Positions 58,922 to 64,000 of a DNA stretch of 64,000 nt are shown piece after piece. How positions within the stretch are numbered: the stretch's first letter is position 1; every line of letters begins with the position of its first letter. Origin of the DNA: Candidatus Levybacteria bacterium RIFCSPHIGHO2_01_FULL_38_26 (GTDB taxonomy: Bacteria; Patescibacteriota; Microgenomatia; Levybacterales; UBA12049); the NCBI GenBank assembly GCA_001782075.1, contig MFNO01000016.1, forward strand, positions 5,600 through 69,599. Direction: 5' to 3'. Position numbers and translations under genes: made by a program. The notes beneath the pieces are model-generated. The model saw nothing but the letters and a program-made list of their open reading frames with translations. It had not been told where the DNA came from and made no database searches.

Positions 58922-60244
58922 CTACTCCTCTCTTTTCTTTTCTACATCATAGAATTTTAATCTATCTCCTCTAAAAAGCAAGTCTATTTCCCCTGTCGGT
59001 CCATTTCTATGCTTGGCAATTAAAAGCTTTGTGACCATATTAACTCCCATTTCTGCGTCAGGACGATACAAAAACATAACTACGTCCGCGTCCTGTTCTA
59101 TAGCTCCCGATTCTCTCAGATCGGCAAGCTGGGGCTTCCTATCTCCTCCTCTGTGTTCAACAGCTCGAGAAAGCTGAGACACAGCCAGAATCGGAATCTT
59201 AAGTTCTCTTGCCAGGTTTTTAAGAGACTGAGAGACTATTGAAACTTCCTGCACCCGATTGTCATATCTTCTTCCCGGATCAACTAACTGTAAATAATCA
59301 ACCAAAAACAAAGATATATTTTTTTCAAGTTGTAGTCTTCTTGCTTTGGTGCGCATTTCAGAAACCGAAATTCCAGGAGTATCGTCTATATAGATGGGCG
59401 CTTCTGCCAATTCTCCCATCGCGTTTGAAAGTTTTGTAAAGTCTGTTTCAGATAGCCTGCCCGTTTTTATTTTCCACGCGTCAACGTCTGATCGACCAAT
59501 CAAAAATCTATCAACCAACTCTTCTTTGCTCATTTCCAAAGAAAATATACCAACAGACAACTTGTCATTCACAGCTATGTTTTGCGCGATATTTACTATC
59601 ATTGCTGTTTTTCCTTGCCCTGGACGCGCTGCCAAGATAAGAAGGTTTGAGCTTTGCATTCCGGAAAGAGTATTATCAAGATCTGTAAAGCCAGTTTTTA
59701 CTCCGCGAAGACCTACTCCTTTCTTGTGGAGCTCGTCTATTCGATCAAAACTTTCTGCCAAAGTCTCTTTAAGAGGAACAAAGTTCTTCTGTAAATTTTT
59801 TTGAGAAATAGCGAATATCTTGCTTTCCGCTTTATTTAAAACTTCCTCTACGTCTTTTTCATCCGAGAACGCGGATTCCACAATCTCTGACCCCGCGGAA
59901 ATAAGAGCTCTTTTGGTTGATGCCTCTTTGATTATCCCGGCATAGTGTTCGATATTGGCGGCTGTGGGTACCGTATTGACCAAATCAGCAAGATAAGAAG
60001 GTTCTATCTTCTGATATGTTTTGTTTTTTTTAAGATTTGATTTTACCGTCAGAATATCGATGGGCTTTCCTTCTTCATACAGAGAAAGCATCGTACTAAA
60101 AATAGCGCCGTTTATAGAACTGTAAAAATCGTTCTCGGATAAAATTCCCGAAGCAACACTTATGGCGTCCTTTTCAATAAGAATCGCGCCCAACACGCTT
60201 GCTTCAGCTTCCTCATTGTGCGGTGGAATTTTTAAAGCTGCCAT
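58922..60244 (-). CDS. dnaB: Replicative DNA helicase
   Basis: AARPGQGKT, FSLEMS, DYLQL, SQLSR, DLRESGAIEQDAD, KHRNGPTG. Confidence 0.97.
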   Translation of the reverse strand: MAALKIPPHNEEAEASVLGAILIEKDAISVASGILSENDFYSSINGAIFSTMLSLYEEGKPIDILTVKSNLKKNKTYQKIEPSYLADLVNTVPTAANIEHYAGIIKEASTKRALISAGSEIVESAFSDEKDVEEVLNKAESKIFAISQKNLQKNFVPLKETLAESFDRIDELHKKGVGLRGVKTGFTDLDNTLSGMQSSNLLILAARPGQGKTAMIVNIAQNIAVNDKLSVGIFSLEMSKEELVDRFLIGRSDVDAWKIKTGRLSETDFTKLSNAMGELAEAPIYIDDTPGISVSEMRTKARRLQLEKNISLFLVDYLQLVDPGRRYDNRVQEVSIVSQSLKNLARELKIPILAVSQLSRAVEHRGGDRKPQLADLRESGAIEQDADVVMFLYRPDAEMGVNMVTKLLIAKHRNGPTGEIDLLFRGDRLKFYDVEKKREE

Positions 60245-60247
60245 AAT

Positions 60248-60775
60248 CTACCCAAGCATTACTACTTCCATCTCAAGTGGCAATTTGTCTTTTAATATTG
60301 TAGTTTTTTTAGTAGGAATTATGTTTTCTTTACCCAAAGCTCTCACTCCATCTTCTTTGCTGCTGCCATAAAGTATAGAAACTTTCGGCTCAAGTTTGGT
60401 TATTATTGAAGGCTCCAATTGACTATCCACGTTCAATATCGCTACTTGAGGCGATGTACTGACTTCTTCTTTAAGTTTTGAAAGCTCTTGAGTTTTACCC
60501 AAAAAAACACTTAATCCATCTCCAATTATATTATAAATAAATCCCGCGTTTGACCTGACTCCTTCGATTTTAACTCCCCCTACCTCATATTCCCCTGCTC
60601 CTTTTACAATCAGCCGATAATCAGTTACCCTAGATAAATCAAGATTTCCCGAAGGGTCAAGAAAAACAACCGCGTCCGCGCTTGTTTTAGAGCCTTGCCC
60701 TCCCGGATCTATTACTAAAGCTGCATGTCTGAAACGGATTCTTATAGAAGAGCCCTCAAGAATATTTACATCCAC
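60248..60775 (-). CDS. Degenerate metallo-beta-lactamase-fold protein
   Basis: LVIDP, ADAV, GAGEYEVGGV; metal-binding His motif absent; start moved to GTG 60775. Confidence 0.6.
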   Translation of the reverse strand: MDVNILEGSSIRIRFRHAALVIDPGGQGSKTSADAVVFLDPSGNLDLSRVTDYRLIVKGAGEYEVGGVKIEGVRSNAGFIYNIIGDGLSVFLGKTQELSKLKEEVSTSPQVAILNVDSQLEPSIITKLEPKVSILYGSSKEDGVRALGKENIIPTKKTTILKDKLPLEMEVVMLG

Positions 60776-60844
60776 GGTATCTAACATCCTATCATAGCAA
60801 TCTTTTCTTGACAAGAGCATGTTTTTGCCCTAAACTTGGGTACG

Positions 60845-61270
60845 ATGAAAACGGAAAGAGTCTTGCTCTCTGTACTGGCTGTTGTTCTTGGGCTACTTGT
60901 CGCAGGAATTGTTTTTTTTCTTTATGAAAATACAAGAAATACTCCCCAGGAAGAAGCAAAAATAATTTCCCCGGCTTCTCCAACTCCCCCATCAAAATCT
61001 TCGGTTTTTCTAACGGTTGACAAACCCAAAGATGAAGAAGTGGTTGAAGAAAAAGTTATTGACATTTCAGGAAAAACCACCGCTGACGCAATAGTTATTG
61101 TCCTAACTAACAACGACGAACAAGTCCTAACTCCAACAGGCAATGGAGATTTTTCAACCACAACCACCCTTGAAGAAAATCAAAATTTCATAGAAACAAC
61201 AGCGATCGCGCCAAACGGCGAGAGCGTTCATGTTCTGAGGGTTGTAACATATTCAACAGAAGAGTTTTAA
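60845..61270 (+). CDS. Membrane-anchored Ig-like domain protein
   Basis: N-terminal TM, Pro linker, ISGKT...GDFS...L-EN-N. Confidence 0.7.
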   Translation: MKTERVLLSVLAVVLGLLVAGIVFFLYENTRNTPQEEAKIISPASPTPPSKSSVFLTVDKPKDEEVVEEKVIDISGKTTADAIVIVLTNNDEQVLTPTGNGDFSTTTTLEENQNFIETTAIAPNGESVHVLRVVTYSTEEF

Positions 61271-61274
61271 TGCT

Positions 61275-62000
61275 ATGAAAATAATAATTTTATTATTAAT
61301 AATGTTTCATATTTCATACTTCATATTTCATGCTTCAATTGCTGGTGCTCAAACTCCAACTAAAACTTCTGATATTGGAGATATCAAAGACCAGCTTATC
61401 GAGACCATCGCGTCCCGAGTCGCCCAACTCAATCTGGTTGAAAAACGTTCAGTTGTCGGGACGGTAACCGAGGCTTCAAATACACAAATCACTCTCTCTG
61501 ACATCCAAAACAATACCCGATTTATTGATGTTGACGAGCTGACAAAATTTTCATCTCAGGATGAAGACTCTTTTGGAATCTCAGACATTACAAACGGTAC
61601 GACAATGTCTGCATTGGGCTTGTACAACAAAGATTCAAGAAGACTTTTGGCGAGATTTGTTGATGTGGTAACGCTGCCGATGTATATACATGGAGAGGCT
61701 GCTAATATCGACAAAACAAATCGTGTTTTTGATGTAATCCAAAAAAATGGAGAGACAGCAAAGATCGACTTTTTGAATTCCACCTCAATTCGCTCCTATA
61801 CAAAGACTGAGGATTTAACAAGATCGCAATTTTCAGCCATTCAAGAGGGTCAGCGTATTATCGTGACTGGTTCGCCTGATGAGGATAATGAAGAACTTAT
61901 TACAGCAGAAAGAATAATTCTCTTCCCCGAAATCCCTAGCACCATCAGGATCAACAGTGAAGCTGCATCCTCCGCAACTCAAAGCGCTATAGAAAATTAG
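61275..62000 (+). CDS. Secreted protein with two DUF5666/OB-like repeats
   Basis: Signal peptide; GTVTE...T-F...DITNGT and GEAAN...T-I...IQEGQRIIVTG. Confidence 0.65.
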   Translation: MKIIILLLIMFHISYFIFHASIAGAQTPTKTSDIGDIKDQLIETIASRVAQLNLVEKRSVVGTVTEASNTQITLSDIQNNTRFIDVDELTKFSSQDEDSFGISDITNGTTMSALGLYNKDSRRLLARFVDVVTLPMYIHGEAANIDKTNRVFDVIQKNGETAKIDFLNSTSIRSYTKTEDLTRSQFSAIQEGQRIIVTGSPDEDNEELITAERIILFPEIPSTIRINSEAASSATQSAIEN

Positions 62001-62002
62001 TT

Positions 62003-63097
62003 ATGAATAGTCGCCTATCCCAACTCAGAAGTCTAATGACTAAACGAAATCTAGATGCCGCTCTAATTTCTTCTGTCCCCAACATTACCTATCTAACTGG
62101 TTTCTCTCACTTCTCCAAAGACGAACGCGAAGCATTCCTTTTTATTACAAAGGCTAAACAATACATTCTAACCGACGGACGGTACTCAGAAGCAGTGGTA
62201 AATAAAATTAATGACTTCGAGCTTATTGAGATATCCACGAAACTTTCTTTGGAAAAAGCTCTAAAACTTCTGGTGGAAAAACACGATGCAAAAAAAGTAG
62301 GCATCGACCATTACAGTATCACTCTTGCCGAACACAAAAAGCTGTCGAGTTGCTTTAAAGCATTAAAACATTTCAGTATTGAAAGTCTAAGAATTATAAA
62401 AGATTCAAGCGAAATCACAGCCATTGAGAAGGCGTGCAGACTTGGTGATAAAACATTCAAACGCATACTGGGCAAAGTAAAAGAAGGAATAACTGAAAAA
62501 GAGTTGGCTTTTGAAATAGAATTTTTTATCAAAAAATCTGGGGCCGATATTTCCTTCCCACCTATTGTTGCCTTTGGAAAAAACTCATCGATTCCCCACC
62601 ATAAATCGGCAGATAAAAAGCTTGAAAAAAACTCGATTGTACTTTTGGATTTTGGAGTGAGATTAAACAATTACTGCTCAGACATGACCAGAACAGTATT
62701 CTTTGGCTCCGCAAACGCGAAGTTTAAGAAAATGTACCAAACAGTTCTCGACGCCCAACAAAAAGCAATAAAAGCGCTCACCTCGGATGGTGGTCCTGAG
62801 CGAAGTCGAATGGACTCCTCCGAGGTGGATCGGGTTGCTCGATCATACATAACTTCTAAGGGCTTCCCATCCATCCCCCACTCCCTCGGCCACGGAATCG
62901 GACTTGATGTCCACGAATCCCCCAGGCTTTCCCCAAAATCCAAAGACATACTAAAACCCGGAATGGTATTTTCTATAGAACCTGGAATTTACCTGCCCGG
63001 ATATGGCGGGGTAAGAATTGAAGACGTAGTAGCTATAGAAAAATCAGGACCTCGCGCCCTTACCAAATCCCCAAAAGAGCTAATTGAAGTTAAATAA
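62003..63097 (+). CDS. pepP: Xaa-Pro aminopeptidase (M24B)
   Basis: YLTGF, DGRY, YCSDMTRT, HSLGHGIGLDVHE, EPGIY, VRIED. Confidence 0.93.
   Translation: MNSRLSQLRSLMTKRNLDAALISSVPNITYLTGFSHFSKDEREAFLFITKAKQYILTDGRYSEAVVNKINDFELIEISTKLSLEKALKLLVEKHDAKKVGIDHYSITLAEHKKLSSCFKALKHFSIESLRIIKDSSEITAIEKACRLGDKTFKRILGKVKEGITEKELAFEIEFFIKKSGADISFPPIVAFGKNSSIPHHKSADKKLEKNSIVLLDFGVRLNNYCSDMTRTVFFGSANAKFKKMYQTVLDAQQKAIKALTSDGGPERSRMDSSEVDRVARSYITSKGFPSIPHSLGHGIGLDVHESPRLSPKSKDILKPGMVFSIEPGIYLPGYGGVRIEDVVAIEKSGPRALTKSPKELIEVK
62779..62827. repeat. REP-like palindrome in frame within pepP
   Basis: CACCTCGGA...GTCC-TGAGCGAAGTCGAAT-GGAC...TCCGAGGTG. Confidence 0.75.
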
Positions 63098-63150
63098 ATT
63101 CAGTCCTGTTAATCATTGGAAGCAAAGTGAATAAGTTGTATAATACAAAT

Positions 63151-64000
63151 ATGATCAAACCGCAGACCCTCAAAGGTTTTCGAGATTTTCTACCTGTAGA
63201 AGCGAGGAAAAGACAGTATGTTATAGACACCCTAAAATCGGTGTTTGAGTCGTATGGTTTTGAGCCACTCGAAACACCTGCGCTTGAATATGAAGAGATT
63301 TTAACAGGCAAATACGGTGATGAGGGAGATAAATTGATGTACAGATTTACAGATCGAGGCGATCGTAAGGTCGCTTTGAGATACGACCAGACCGTCCCCC
63401 TCGCCCGAGTTGTGGCACAATATGGAGACAAACTTCCCATGCCGTTCAAACGCTACCAAATCCAAAACGTCTGGCGCGCGGACAACACGCAAAAAGGCCG
63501 CTATAGGGAGTTCCTGCAATGCGATACGGATATTGTCGGGACAGACTCCCCTCTTGCGGATGCTGAAATAATCGCGCTTGCGATAAAATCTTTGGAAAAC
63601 CTAGGGTTTGTAAATTTTAAAATTCTTGTAAATGATAGAGAAAATCTCAATTTTGCAAACAAAAGCATTAAGCTTTCTCAAGACCAAAATATCAAAGCTA
63701 TGATCGCGGTTGATAAGTTAAAAAAGATAGGAAAAGAGGCAGTAATTAAAGAGCTTGAAAAATCCGGATTTTCCAACGAAGAATCCTTGCTCATCTTAAA
63801 AACAGTTAAAGAATCTATGCCCACAAAAAAACTTAATGAAATATTTATTAAACTTGAAGATTTAAGCATTAGTTCTTCGAAATATGAATTCTCCCCCACC
63901 CTTGCACGAGGACTTAACTATTACACTGGATTAATAATCGAAATTGAAGTTCCGCAATACTCAGCAGGCTCTCTTGGCGGAGGCGGAAGATATGATAATC
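63151..64000 (+). CDS. hisS: Histidyl-tRNA synthetase (3' end beyond window)
   Basis: Not in ORF track. MIKPQTLKGFRDFLP, LRYDQTVPLAR, WRADNTQKGRYREF, LARGLNYYTG, GGGGRYD. Confidence 0.96.
   Translation, partial: MIKPQTLKGFRDFLPVEARKRQYVIDTLKSVFESYGFEPLETPALEYEEILTGKYGDEGDKLMYRFTDRGDRKVALRYDQTVPLARVVAQYGDKLPMPFKRYQIQNVWRADNTQKGRYREFLQCDTDIVGTDSPLADAEIIALAIKSLENLGFVNFKILVNDRENLNFANKSIKLSQDQNIKAMIAVDKLKKIGKEAVIKELEKSGFSNEESLLILKTVKESMPTKKLNEIFIKLEDLSISSSKYEFSPTLARGLNYYTGLIIEIEVPQYSAGSLGGGGRYDN

Overview
Chromosomal window from a low-GC, small-genome bacterium. Gene content and style point to Patescibacteria/CPR, probably Microgenomates (inference): T4SS-type and type IV pilins, membrane H+-PPase, many leaderless genes and many orphans. 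1-13.9 kb is a type IV pilus locus (pilins, pilD, pilC, pilT, pilB). It is interrupted by a two-component/SpeD/EamA/DUF2156 cassette and by a 2.3-kb RHS-toxin-bearing segment bracketed by an exact 177-bp direct repeat. 14-40 kb carries holB, a murF-hydrolase-DegT-FemAB cluster, an SF2 helicase fused to a degenerate sigma70, gyrB, hppA, gyrA, folD and pyrB-carA-carB-pyrC. 40-46.6 kb carries orphans (transglutaminase-like, alphaCTD-like, receiver-less OmpR wHTH), a Xer recombinase with a 28-bp dif-like palindrome, a GH18, and an ORF-free, highly structured region followed by DnaA boxes. 46.6-64 kb is housekeeping (yebC, rluD-like, lgt-like, MFS, efp, pepN, tRNA-Leu, CPA2, dnaB, pepP, hisS). Best novelty candidates are the helicase-sigma70 fusion, a CTP start-site-switch terminator before pyrB, a ~500-nt structured RNA, a possible signal synthesis/export/sensing cassette in the pilus locus, and REP-like palindromes inserted in frame in core enzymes. 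All family calls are by-eye motif recognition; no searches were run.
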